Of a DNA stretch of 64,000 nucleotides, positions 18,863-27,954 are shown piece after piece. The notes under the pieces are model-generated. The model saw nothing but the letters and a program-made list of their open reading frames with translations, was not told where the DNA came from and made no database searches. Where the stretch lies: NCBI GenBank assembly GCA_035290865.1, contig DATDTM010000047.1, positions 14,127 through 78,126 on the forward strand, written 5' to 3'. The DNA comes from Candidatus Nanoarchaeia archaeon (lineage in GTDB: Archaea > Nanobdellota > Nanobdellia > Woesearchaeales > GW2011-AR9). The first letter of the stretch is position 1, and the number at the start of each line of letters is the position of its first letter. Made by a program: the position numbers and the translations under genes.

Positions 18863-20386
18863 ATGAAAATTAAACCGCTTTTCTTTTTTTTTGTTTTTAT
18901 TCTTGTTTTTAGTTTATTAATTATTTCTACTGGTTGTAACGAAACCTCTACCGGCCAGGCTAGTTTTTCTTTTACTCCCGCTTGTTATGATACCGATGGG
19001 GGAATAAAGTTAGAAGAAAGGGGAGCAGTTAAATTAAGTGCTGAAAAAGATAATTATTATCAAGATACCTGTATTGATTCTTCTACTTTAGTAGAATATT
19101 ATTGTAATAAAGGGGACCTGAATGTTAGTTTTAAAAAATGTTCAGAAGGAACTGTTTGTAACCAGGACGCCTGTATCAATCCAAAAAACACTTTCATCTG
19201 CGGGGATGGAATCTGCCAAGGCCAGCGAGAAATTAATTCCGGCTGTGCTTATGACTGCGGCTGGCCCTGTGTTGGAAAGTATTGCAACCAAGAGATCAAT
19301 GTTTATTGCGCTTGTCAGGAATCTTCTTTTGCGCTACTTAAAGAGATAACCCCCTGTAAAGCTAAAGTGACTTGTAATAATTGCAGCCAGCAAGAGCCGC
19401 TTCTTGACGATTTTTATGATCTGCAGACCCAGATCTACGAATGCCTAGCAGATTATTTCCAATTTCAGCCTCTAAGAATTCCTTATTTGATTGTTTATAA
19501 TCCCGCAGAAGAAAAATGTACTGACCCTAGCGGATGTTCTGGCTATGCCACTGGACACTCAGATCCTATCGGGTTATCTTTTATACCTCTGCCCGGAAAT
19601 CGAAGTTATGACCAGAATCAACCAACTTTACCTAGCCAATTAGTCCCTGAAAAACACGAAACCACCCATTATTTTCTTAATCACATGCTCCATTCTGTCC
19701 CTGACTGGTTCAAAGAAGCCATCTCTATCCAAACCGAAGAAAGAATTAAATGTCATCCTCAGGAAAACCCGAAAGGAGACGCTTATCTTTTAGAGACAGA
19801 AGTGGACTTACTTCACCCAGAATTAGGGATAAACCTAGCGAATGGAATGACTCTTAATGAAGAATTCTACCAGAAATGGAAAAATGGCGGAGCTGATCTT
19901 CCTGAAACTGATAAAAATAATTATTACATCCAGGCTACACTTTGGTTGATCGGATTGAAATTAGATTATTCCTGCACCGAAGATTGCATCCAAAAAATAC
20001 TCCAGGAACTGCGCCAGCAGGTAGTTGAAGAATGCAAGATCTCCCAAGAAAAATGTGGTTTAGCCAGCTGGTTTGTTTTTGAGAATAAAGACAAATTCTG
20101 TTCATTAGATAATCCACCCAGAACCGGCCCCACCGGGGCCATAAATTTTGATCCTAATCCAAAAAGTTCTTCTTCCAGTTCTAAACAAACTATCGTTTCA
20201 AAATTAAATCTTAAAAATAATTTTAAGAAAAAGTCTGGTCAGGTTGTGGCTACCGAAGCACCAAAATATTGGACTTATTGGGCCAACGACCAAACCATCA
20301 TTGATAATTCCAAGATTAAATCCGCTACAGATAAAATAGTGGGTAAAGATACTCAAGAATTGTTCGATAAGGTGGGGTTAAAATAA
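18863..20386 (+). CDS. secreted Cys-rich protein with an HExxH zinc-metallopeptidase-like motif
   Basis: Signal peptide with STGC lipobox; cysteine-rich repeats of CxxDGxCxxxExxxxCxxDC type (CGDGICQGQREINSGCAYDC); HETTHYFLNHMLH (HExxH...H) near 19655-19690. Confidence 0.5.
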   Translation: MKIKPLFFFFVFILVFSLLIISTGCNETSTGQASFSFTPACYDTDGGIKLEERGAVKLSAEKDNYYQDTCIDSSTLVEYYCNKGDLNVSFKKCSEGTVCNQDACINPKNTFICGDGICQGQREINSGCAYDCGWPCVGKYCNQEINVYCACQESSFALLKEITPCKAKVTCNNCSQQEPLLDDFYDLQTQIYECLADYFQFQPLRIPYLIVYNPAEEKCTDPSGCSGYATGHSDPIGLSFIPLPGNRSYDQNQPTLPSQLVPEKHETTHYFLNHMLHSVPDWFKEAISIQTEERIKCHPQENPKGDAYLLETEVDLLHPELGINLANGMTLNEEFYQKWKNGGADLPETDKNNYYIQATLWLIGLKLDYSCTEDCIQKILQELRQQVVEECKISQEKCGLASWFVFENKDKFCSLDNPPRTGPTGAINFDPNPKSSSSSSKQTIVSKLNLKNNFKKKSGQVVATEAPKYWTYWANDQTIIDNSKIKSATDKIVGKDTQELFDKVGLK

Positions 20387-20398
20387 TTAATTTAGGGT

Positions 20399-23300
20399 TT
20401 ATCTCTTCCCCACCATCATCACAAAAGCCAGAAAACTTTCTAATTGTAAATACTCGTCCGAACCTTCTACCATTCGGAACTCCACCTCCCCGCATTTATC
20501 TACTAATTCTACTTTCTTCCGATCCTCTAATTCTAAATTCCAGATCTCTTTCTGGATCTGCTTGATGATATCTAATCCCGATAATCCATAATCTAACATC
20601 AGATCTAACAATTTCTTTCTAGAATCTAAGAAACTTCCTTTTACTGCTAAAGCCAGTACTTCTTTAACCTCTTTGGGCTTGGCTACCGAAGCCATGGAAT
20701 AGACCAGTTCGGGAGTGATCTCTTTCTGTAGGATTGCGCAGCTCTGCAGGATATTCTCTAATCTGCGGCAGTCCCCATCGCAGACTTCAAACAAAGCTTT
20801 CTGCGCTTCTGCCCCGATCTGCAGTTTCTCTTCATTGGCAATACCTTTGATCACTTTATAGATCTCTTCTTCTGCTAAGGGCTTGAACCTGAATACTGCA
20901 CATCTGCTTTGTATAGGATCGATAATTTTCGAAGAATAGTTGCAACTTAAAATAAATCTACAGGTCTTGGTATAATTCTCCATCGTTCTTCTCAAAGCCT
21001 GCTGCGCTTCTTTGGTTAACGCATCACTTTCATCCAGATAAATTAATTTAAATGGTGCATCCCCTAATGCTTTAGTTCTGGCAAAATCTTTTACCTTCAC
21101 TCTGACGATATCTATCCCCCTCTCATCCGAGGCATTTAACTCCAGAACATTCTGCCTCCAGTTTTCACCGAACAATTGTTTGGCGATGACTAAAGACAGG
21201 GTCGTATTGTGCAAAGTAAGACCCCCTCCATGTCCACCAATGAAATTATGGGTACCTACAACATTTAAATCATAAACATAATCTCCTTTAACATTTTCCA
21301 CTGATTTAATGGTATCCCAATAAATCTCAGCCTTGGCCAAATACTCGAGCAGCTCGAGACTACTCAACAGTTCCTGAGAAAATATTCGTTCCTCTAATAT
21401 TTGTTTAACAACAATAAAAACTGAATTTAACTTGCATACCGCCTGTAGAGAAAGCCCGTCATTATTGAAGTAATAGTTTATCGATGCTGCCGATTCATCC
21501 ATTCTCCTTCCGATTTCAGCGTAAGAGATAGAGAATAGCTGGATCGCCCTAACTATATTCTGGCGTGCAACTAGTTGTTCCCGAAGATGAGAACTAAGCT
21601 CACCAGCCCCGTGAACCTGCAAGTTTTTCATTACCTTTAATATTCTTATTAAGTTGGCAAGGGTAGGTTCTCGCTTTCCCTCGTAGTATTCTTTAAGTCT
21701 ATCGTAGCGTATTCCAGATAAGGCCCCTATATGTGTACGAGAAGACGGAGCGCAGAGTTGTGAGAAAACAGCTCCTACTTCATTTTCTACGGTGGGTGGA
21801 AAGCGTTCACAAAGCGTTATGGTTTCTAATCCCGTTTTAATTCTGCTTCGGGCCAGATCGCAGATTACCTGATATAACTTTTGAACTCTAATCCTGCTCC
21901 CTTTTTCCCGCTCAAAGATATGCTCAACAAAAACCGCTTCGTTTAATTCTTTCTGCTCGATGCCCAATAATTTTATGGTCTCTCCAAGATGCTCTTTACT
22001 AATCGTCATTACATCTACATTGGTGTTGCTTGCCCGCTGGCAAACAATGGTCTTAACTCTGGGATTTACTTTCTCTTGGAATCGTAGAATCTCAGCAATC
22101 GAATTTATCGTAAGGTAATATTGTCGTTTTCTATTTTTTATATGAGGATGAATTCCCCAGCGCAGTAATAGGTAGGGTAATCCTTCAATCATTGTTTTGC
22201 TGGTACTGGAAAGCTCAATTATATTTTTATAACAGGAACCATCACATTCGAAGTATCCTCGTATAAATGCGGCCACATACTCATCTGGGGCAGTAAATAA
22301 TTCTGAAGGTACAGTAATCATGTCTGCTTTAGGTTTGTGAAGAGGAATAGAGTAAAAATGTTCCAGTAAAGCTACTAATACCCTGCATTTCATAATTTCT
22401 ATATAGGGGACTCCTTTTCGTTCTTTTTCTTGGAAACGCAGCTCAGAGCCAAATAGTAGCTTGCTCAATTCCACGAATCGTGAGCGGAGAAAATTATTGC
22501 AGTTATAAAAACGAATTGACGAAGTACGAACATGCCCATCGCCAAAAACTAAACCCAGCCATTCATAAAAATCTGGCACAGGCGTTCTAAAATGAAATAT
22601 GGTAGTTGAAGGCGAATGGAATTTTCCTTTCCATAGCAACTTCTCTACTAAAGAAAAGTCAGTAACCAAAGCGTAGGGAATAATAGTAGAATCAACTTGT
22701 TTTTTAGTTAAAGAGTATTGTCGTGGCTTTTTCAAAGAGGAAGATAGTATCTTCTCTTTTATCAATGAAGCAATTGCCCAGTTAACTACTTTATGTTTTT
22801 CTCCAATCTTAACTGAAATTTCTGCAGCCGTGGCTCCCTCTACTGGCTGGAGATACTCCAACACTTTGGATTTAACTCTAACATATAGGGGGTGGGGTGG
22901 AAGAGAGACACTTTTTTTTAACACTGCCCAAAAACAGGGGTGCTTCTCCCAGCATAGTTCCCAACGGCTAAGATGAGGACGAATTACTAAAGGTGAAGCA
23001 ACCAGATTATTTGGACGAAGCTCTTCTGCTTTAACCCAAGTGGGTACGCCTTCTTTTAATACTAAAAATGGATGTTCTGGAGTTGTAGTAACCCGTTTTC
23101 CTGCAGAAGTGCGTACACATAATAACTTTCCAGCATATTCTCGGTGAAAGTAAGCTATAGATGCAGGGGAAATCTCACCCATAGCATTAAGTGTCATAAC
23201 TTTGGTTAACTTTTCATTAAAGCAATCTTTTATTGACTTTATAGCGCCAGTATCAGTTATGATGGGAGTATCTCCCGTAACGCACTTTCCCACTCCCGCC

Positions 23301-23437
23301 GGCCCGGAAAAAAGCAGGTGAGGCATGCTTTTGGTTTCCACAAAAGCCCTAATTTTCTGGACGATCTCTTTCTGGCCTTTAACCTCATCAAAAGTTTGGG
23401 GCCGATACTTTTCAGTCCAGATAGAAGATTCAGTCAT
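20399..23437 (-). CDS. rfcS: replication factor C small subunit with one large intein in the P-loop
   Basis: N-extein WTEKYRPQTFDEVKGQ...LLFSGPAGVGK, then intein starting CVTGDTPII and ending THNFIGGHGGGLTLHN, then extein TTLSLVIAKQ...LELNASDERGID...IYLDESD...SRC (Walker A GVGK|TT, SRC motif). Exteins total ~319 aa. Confidence 0.85.
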   Translation of the reverse strand: MTESSIWTEKYRPQTFDEVKGQKEIVQKIRAFVETKSMPHLLFSGPAGVGKCVTGDTPIITDTGAIKSIKDCFNEKLTKVMTLNAMGEISPASIAYFHREYAGKLLCVRTSAGKRVTTTPEHPFLVLKEGVPTWVKAEELRPNNLVASPLVIRPHLSRWELCWEKHPCFWAVLKKSVSLPPHPLYVRVKSKVLEYLQPVEGATAAEISVKIGEKHKVVNWAIASLIKEKILSSSLKKPRQYSLTKKQVDSTIIPYALVTDFSLVEKLLWKGKFHSPSTTIFHFRTPVPDFYEWLGLVFGDGHVRTSSIRFYNCNNFLRSRFVELSKLLFGSELRFQEKERKGVPYIEIMKCRVLVALLEHFYSIPLHKPKADMITVPSELFTAPDEYVAAFIRGYFECDGSCYKNIIELSSTSKTMIEGLPYLLLRWGIHPHIKNRKRQYYLTINSIAEILRFQEKVNPRVKTIVCQRASNTNVDVMTISKEHLGETIKLLGIEQKELNEAVFVEHIFEREKGSRIRVQKLYQVICDLARSRIKTGLETITLCERFPPTVENEVGAVFSQLCAPSSRTHIGALSGIRYDRLKEYYEGKREPTLANLIRILKVMKNLQVHGAGELSSHLREQLVARQNIVRAIQLFSISYAEIGRRMDESAASINYYFNNDGLSLQAVCKLNSVFIVVKQILEERIFSQELLSSLELLEYLAKAEIYWDTIKSVENVKGDYVYDLNVVGTHNFIGGHGGGLTLHNTTLSLVIAKQLFGENWRQNVLELNASDERGIDIVRVKVKDFARTKALGDAPFKLIYLDESDALTKEAQQALRRTMENYTKTCRFILSCNYSSKIIDPIQSRCAVFRFKPLAEEEIYKVIKGIANEEKLQIGAEAQKALFEVCDGDCRRLENILQSCAILQKEITPELVYSMASVAKPKEVKEVLALAVKGSFLDSRKKLLDLMLDYGLSGLDIIKQIQKEIWNLELEDRKKVELVDKCGEVEFRMVEGSDEYLQLESFLAFVMMVGKR
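21206..23284 (-). mobile_element. intein (~693 aa) with LAGLIDADG homing-endonuclease domain inserted in the RFC Walker A motif
   Basis: N-terminal Cys after GVGK, C-terminal His-Asn followed by Thr; LAGLIDADG-like blocks LGLVFGDGHV and FIRGYFECDGS; reverse complement of 21203-21220 reads LTLHNT. Confidence 0.75.
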
Positions 23438-23518
23438 AATTATCTTTCCTTTAAACTTCTTTATAAGTTTTATCTATTTAGAGAAGATATGATCTCAGAA
23501 AGAATATCTAATTAAAAA

Positions 23519-23758
23519 TCAGCTTAAAACAAACAATAATACTCTCTTCACCCAAATAATTAGTTCCTCTGAAGATAACCCGAAGATCATTACCAATATA
23601 AGAAGAATTAAAAGCAGATAAAATAACACTTTCAGCATTTCTGGTAGGAACTTCATAAAGATAACTATTACTAAAGCCAGGATCAATACTCCTAACACAG
23701 AAAAAAGTTCCATTTTACGTATTAAGAAGAAAAATAGTTTATATACATTTCGAAACAA
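23519..23758 (-). CDS. small hydrophobic protein, hypothetical
   Basis: 79-aa ORF with two predicted TM helices; may be spurious. Confidence 0.3.
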   Translation of the reverse strand: MFRNVYKLFFFLIRKMELFSVLGVLILALVIVIFMKFLPEMLKVLFYLLLILLILVMIFGLSSEELIIWVKRVLLFVLS

Positions 23759-23850
23759 TTAAGCGTATTCACCAGCAGGTCTTACCCAAAGAGAAAAATA
23801 TAAGATTAAAATTGTTTTGGTGATTTCTGGAGGATAATCAACTTCGTGAG

Positions 23851-24306
23851 TTATAATCCTTTCAGGCTAGATAAAAATTCTAAATAATTCTTATTTAAGT
23901 CTGGATCCATGACTGTAGCACTTTTAATCCTTTTTTGCCATGCCAAGATAAGGGTGCGGATAATTTTTCTTGCTTTTTCTTCTCCGATTGCGCCACAACC
24001 ATTATACAAACATTTGATACTGTGAATGGAGGCTAGAATATGATGCGGATCACTGCAGATTATTCTTGGAAACCATTTAAAGTATCCTGCAAGCATACCA
24101 ATAAGATAAGACCAATTTGATAAATCTAAATTATGCGGATAGGTTAATTTACTTGGAAATCCCATCACCTTACTCCCAGCGACTGCTCTCAATTCCGCAT
24201 AACCTCTTAAGAATTCTTTTTTGAAAAGCGCCATATTTTTGACTGTCAACATCGCTTCCGCTTCAGCTATCGCTTTTTTTATTTCTTCATCCCCAAAAAG
24301 TCCCAT
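23851..24306 (-). CDS. hypothetical protein
   Basis: 151-aa ORF. Confidence 0.4.
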   Translation of the reverse strand: MGLFGDEEIKKAIAEAEAMLTVKNMALFKKEFLRGYAELRAVAGSKVMGFPSKLTYPHNLDLSNWSYLIGMLAGYFKWFPRIICSDPHHILASIHSIKCLYNGCGAIGEEKARKIIRTLILAWQKRIKSATVMDPDLNKNYLEFLSSLKGL

Positions 24307-24433
24307 TTTTCATCCTCTTTTATTGAATATAATCAATTAAAAACCTATCCCGCAACATAAAACAGTTCCGTCTCTTCAATATCTCCAGCTACGAAATTAT
24401 AATTTCTTAGGTCTGAAAGATATTTATCTAGGC

Positions 24434-24721
24434 TCATGCGGATGGCTCTTCTCCTTCTGCATTTCCTGAAGGCACTGCATTCTTAGAGATGATTAAAACA
24501 TCGCCCATGGCCTTGACCAGCTGATGGGGAACGATAACTCCTTTGGCACTACCGATAACCCTGCTCAAGAAAGAATTCTTAGTAGCTTTAATCTTCCAAC
24601 CGGAAACTTTATTGCTTTGGATGATGCAATCCTCAATATCACCAAAATACTCCCCACTATCCGTAAATACCCTTAAATCATAAGCTTCCGACACTTTCCT
24701 CATTTTTAACATAATCATCAC
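24434..24721 (-). CDS. PRC-barrel domain protein
   Basis: ~95 aa; DLRVFTDSGEYFGDIEDCIIQSNKVSGWKI matches the archaeal PRC-barrel pattern. Confidence 0.5.
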   Translation of the reverse strand: MMIMLKMRKVSEAYDLRVFTDSGEYFGDIEDCIIQSNKVSGWKIKATKNSFLSRVIGSAKGVIVPHQLVKAMGDVLIISKNAVPSGNAEGEEPSA

Positions 24722-24788
24722 CTCATTAATTCAATTGCATTTTTAAAATAACTTAAGTTTAAATACTTTTCTGTGTTTTATAATAGGA

Positions 24789-25487
24789 ATGGTAGACAGT
24801 ATAGATCGAATCAAAATCATCGGCACTTCCCATATCGCTAAACAAAGCATAAATGAGATTAAAAAAGCGGTTGCTTCCTGGAAGCCGGATCTTATCGCTT
24901 TAGAGCTGGATTCTGCCCGCGCCCAGGCTATTCTGCAGGATGAACGTTCTAAAATCAGCTGGAAAACTCTTTTTCAGGTCGGGGTCAAAGGCTATCTTTT
25001 CGCTAAAATCGGCCAGTTTGTCCAACAAAAATTAGGCAAGATGGTGGGAGTAAGCCCAGGCTCAGAGATGAAAGCAGGATTAGAGATTGCCAGAGAAAAT
25101 AAGCTCCAGCTAGCTTTAATCGATCAGCCCATCCAGATTACCTTAAAACGCTTCTCCCAAGCTCTGACTTGGAAAGAAAAGTTCCGTTTCTGCTCAGATC
25201 TGCTTCAGGGATTGCTCTTTCCCAACCGTCAGATCAAAAAATTTGGTTTAGAGAATTTTGACCTGCGCAAAGTGCCTGAAAAAGCAGTCATCGAAAAAAT
25301 GATTTTACAATTAGAACAACGCTATCCTAACGTCTATAAAGTTTTGGTAGAGGAAAGAAATCGTTATATGCTAAAGAAAATAGTTGCCCTTCTGCGTAAT
25401 CACCCAGAGAAAAGAATAATGGTTATTGTTGGGGCAGGACACGAAAAAGGATTGCAGCAACTGTTATTGAAAGTGGATTTGGTTTAA
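24789..25487 (+). CDS. TraB/PrgY-family protein
   Basis: N-terminal IIGTSHIAKQS (GTxHVS motif of the TraB family); ~230 aa. Confidence 0.6.
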   Translation: MVDSIDRIKIIGTSHIAKQSINEIKKAVASWKPDLIALELDSARAQAILQDERSKISWKTLFQVGVKGYLFAKIGQFVQQKLGKMVGVSPGSEMKAGLEIARENKLQLALIDQPIQITLKRFSQALTWKEKFRFCSDLLQGLLFPNRQIKKFGLENFDLRKVPEKAVIEKMILQLEQRYPNVYKVLVEERNRYMLKKIVALLRNHPEKRIMVIVGAGHEKGLQQLLLKVDLV

Positions 25488-25582
25488 GAATAGGGCCTAG
25501 GGAAAGAAAAAGAATCGCTGTTATTAAAGAGTAATAAATATTATAGAAATCTTTATAAAATAACTTACTTTCTGGAATGATC

Positions 25583-25948
25583 GGTAGTAGTGGCAGTTAG
25601 CTGAGGGTATTTATTGCCCAGGAAAGTCCGCCCACCAAAAACAGGCCACTCCTAGGAAGGAGAGGGAGAAATTCCCTGGCTCTGGCTTCAGAAACGACAC
25701 GTCCTGCAGAATGGGATGATATGGCGAAGTTCCTTGCGAAAGGAATGAGTTAACCTATGGACGTCTCTGCAGGGAACGATGAAACGGCGAACCCCTTGTT
25801 GAGATGTAAATTTCAAAGGGCTCTTAGAGATAATAGCCCTGCCGGTGCAAGTGCAGTTCTGCACGCTCAGTCGAATGCTAACCTAAGCCATCGCAGTCAC
25901 AGGTTGACTGTTTGGGCTTAACCAAAGGCGGCTTATGTCACTCTACCC
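25583..25948 (+). ncRNA. rnpB: RNase P RNA, archaeal type (candidate)
   Basis: ORF-free 550-bp gap containing the universal P4 motif cAGGAAAGUCCGccc near the 5' end and acAGgttgactgtttGGGCUUAacc near the 3' end (compare E. coli ACAGAAcCCGGCUUA); ends ggtag(t)agtggca at 25583 and tgtcactctacc at 25936 can form P1; followed by a T8 run. Confidence 0.55.
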
Positions 25949-25949
25949 A

Positions 25950-25957
25950 TTTTTTTT
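25950..25957 (+). terminator. oligo-T tract (T8) directly after the RNase P RNA candidate
   Basis: Archaeal terminators are U-runs; located at the end of the proposed P1 helix. Confidence 0.35.
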
Positions 25958-26044
25958 AGAAAAAAATGGAGTAAAAATCCGTAAGGTAGGAAATAAAAAA
26001 AATAACTACGATTACTGGCGAAGATGTTTTAGGAGGAAGACAAA

Positions 26045-26455
26045 ATGGCTAAAATATTTTATGTTGAAAAAAACCCAATTCACAGAGAACTTACCGCTAA
26101 TCATCTCGAACGCAGAGCGCACGAGGTGGTTAAATTTATTCCTGAATACTATTTTCACGCCCGACCAGAAGGTGATGGAAGTGAATTTCTTAATAGCATA
26201 GATGATTTTGTTGCCAGGCTAAGAACAGATAATCCAGAGATATTAATATTAAATCCTGAATCTTTCCGGGAGATAAATTCCGCCAGAGATTATATCGTCG
26301 CAGTAATAGATTCTGGATACGCTGGAAGAATAGTTTTAACCTACACTGACACGAACGATTTGGTGAGAGAATTTGAAGAACATTCTCCAAAAGTACGACC
26401 CCTTATTAAACCATTTTTCCTATCTGAATTAGACCAAATCCTCGCTTCGGATTAA
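26045..26455 (+). CDS. degenerate receiver-like (pseudo-receiver) domain protein
   Basis: KIFYVEKNPIHRELTANHL parallels KILVVDDNPINRELL with DD replaced by EK; PEILILNPES parallels PDLILLDINMP with the phospho-acceptor Asp replaced by Asn; C-terminal IKPFFLSELDQIL is a KP-type ending. Confidence 0.45.
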   Translation: MAKIFYVEKNPIHRELTANHLERRAHEVVKFIPEYYFHARPEGDGSEFLNSIDDFVARLRTDNPEILILNPESFREINSARDYIVAVIDSGYAGRIVLTYTDTNDLVREFEEHSPKVRPLIKPFFLSELDQILASD

Positions 26456-26514
26456 ATTATTAAAAGTCAAAAATAACGCAAACCTTATAAAACCAAAATC
26501 ATTTTAAGATTAAA

Positions 26515-26688
26515 ATGAGCCAAGATAATAAAATCAGGATGCCTATGGGCCAGGGAGGATTAACCCGTTACTTTGACGAAGTCAAGTCTAAAATCGAATT
26601 CTCGCCGGCAGCAGTAGTTGTTTTAAGCATCGCCATTATGATCATCATCATTCTGTTGCACTACTTCGGAAAAAGCTGGTTAAGCTAA
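26515..26688 (+). CDS. secG: preprotein translocase Sec61-beta subunit; 57 aa, so absent from the 60-aa ORF track
   Basis: MSQDNKIRMPMGQGGLTRYFDEVKSKIEFSPAAVVVLSIAIMIIIILLHYFGKSWLS: GL(T/I)RYFDE motif plus a single C-terminal TM helix is the Sec61beta/Sbh1 architecture. Confidence 0.6.
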   Translation: MSQDNKIRMPMGQGGLTRYFDEVKSKIEFSPAAVVVLSIAIMIIIILLHYFGKSWLS

Positions 26689-26694
26689 ACAAAA

Positions 26695-27042
26695 ATGTTC
26701 CCCGGAATCAATCCCAGAAAAATGCAGCAGATGATGCGCCAGATGGGCATCCAGCAGCAGGAGATCAATGCTACTGAAGTCATCATTAAAACTGCGAATA
26801 AAGAATTAGTTATCACCCACCCTTCCGTTGCTAAAGTCAATATGATGGGCCAGGAAACTTTCCAGATTTCCGGGGAGATTACTGAACGGGAATTATCTAC
26901 CGTATCTTCAGCTCCAGACCTTTCTGAAGAAGATGTCAAAACTGTCATGGAACAGACCGGAGCAGACCAGAAATCCGCCAAAAAAGCTTTGCAAGAAGCT
27001 GACGGAGATCTAGCTCAAGCCATTCTTAACCTTAAAAAATAA
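26695..27042 (+). CDS. nac: nascent polypeptide-associated complex alpha subunit (NAC domain plus UBA domain)
   Basis: PRKMQQMMRQMG...EINATEVIIKT...NMMGQETFQISG (NAC domain); C-terminal EEDVKTVMEQTGADQKSAKKALQEADGDLAQAI (UBA). Confidence 0.8.
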   Translation: MFPGINPRKMQQMMRQMGIQQQEINATEVIIKTANKELVITHPSVAKVNMMGQETFQISGEITERELSTVSSAPDLSEEDVKTVMEQTGADQKSAKKALQEADGDLAQAILNLKK

Positions 27043-27057
27043 TTTCTTTTCTAAAAA

Positions 27058-27336
27058 ATGAAATATAAAACCATTCGTTCAGCTGGAGAAGATGAAAGTC
27101 CAGCTCGCATTTATCTAGCTCCTCGCCAGGATGGAACTATTTTTCCCGTAAAAGTCAGAGTTTTTGGACAACGTATAGAAGCTGCTCCGGCCTTAAATCA
27201 ACCTGTTTTTAGCTATCGCAAACCTTTTCGAGAATCTCCTCTTGATCCTCCTCCCCCGAATTTGGACGGATTAATGGAACAAACCGCCAGAGAATATATC
27301 CGCTTGCTGGATGAATTGAATGATCCCCTGCCCTAA
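27058..27336 (+). CDS. hypothetical protein
   Basis: ORF only; Pro-rich C-terminus. Confidence 0.35.
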   Translation: MKYKTIRSAGEDESPARIYLAPRQDGTIFPVKVRVFGQRIEAAPALNQPVFSYRKPFRESPLDPPPPNLDGLMEQTAREYIRLLDELNDPLP

Positions 27337-27384
27337 AATCTCTCTAGAATTAACCAAATATTTTTATATTCATTCTACTTCTTA

Positions 27385-27906
27385 TTGGTTATGGATCATC
27401 CTCAAGAATTTCTTAGAGCAAAAGAGAATGCTCTCCAGAAATACGAAGGAGCCAGACATCTTCTCAATGTTACCTACCGCACCGTCAATGATGCTAATCT
27501 CTTAATTGGAATTTTAAACAATATGGTCAGTTCCATGGAATCTTCTATTGAAGCCATACTCGCTTATGAAAGAGTTTTAAAATTAGTCCCCGCTTACGGA
27601 ACTAACGCCCTAAGTAGATTAAACACTTTTAGCCATCATTCTCTGCGCAGGAACAATATCCCTCCAGAATACGTTCGCATCTTGCAGGATATGAAAGAAG
27701 TTCTCGAACTGCATAAAAAAAGCCCCAGCACCTTCCAACGTGGGAATAAATTAGTCATCTGCGACCAGCGCTATGAATTAAAAGTACTTTCTATGCAGGA
27801 TTTTCAGGATTATTTAGGCAAAACTAAACAATTTTTAGAGCTGATGCAAAAAGCAGTCAGCCGTTACGGCCAGGATTTAGACCAGCATACCAATGAATCC
27901 ATCTGA
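27385..27906 (+). CDS. hypothetical protein
   Basis: ORF only. Confidence 0.4.
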   Translation: MVMDHPQEFLRAKENALQKYEGARHLLNVTYRTVNDANLLIGILNNMVSSMESSIEAILAYERVLKLVPAYGTNALSRLNTFSHHSLRRNNIPPEYVRILQDMKEVLELHKKSPSTFQRGNKLVICDQRYELKVLSMQDFQDYLGKTKQFLELMQKAVSRYGQDLDQHTNESI

Positions 27907-27954
27907 ACTGTCAACAAAAACATTTAAAACCTAATTAGATATTCTATATTATAG

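Noticed and set aside
25935-26201. ORF-track CDS 25935-26201
   Set aside because: Its 5' part overlaps the terminal helix and T-run of the RNase P RNA candidate. Its 3' part overlaps the better-supported receiver-like gene starting at 26045. I treat it as spurious.
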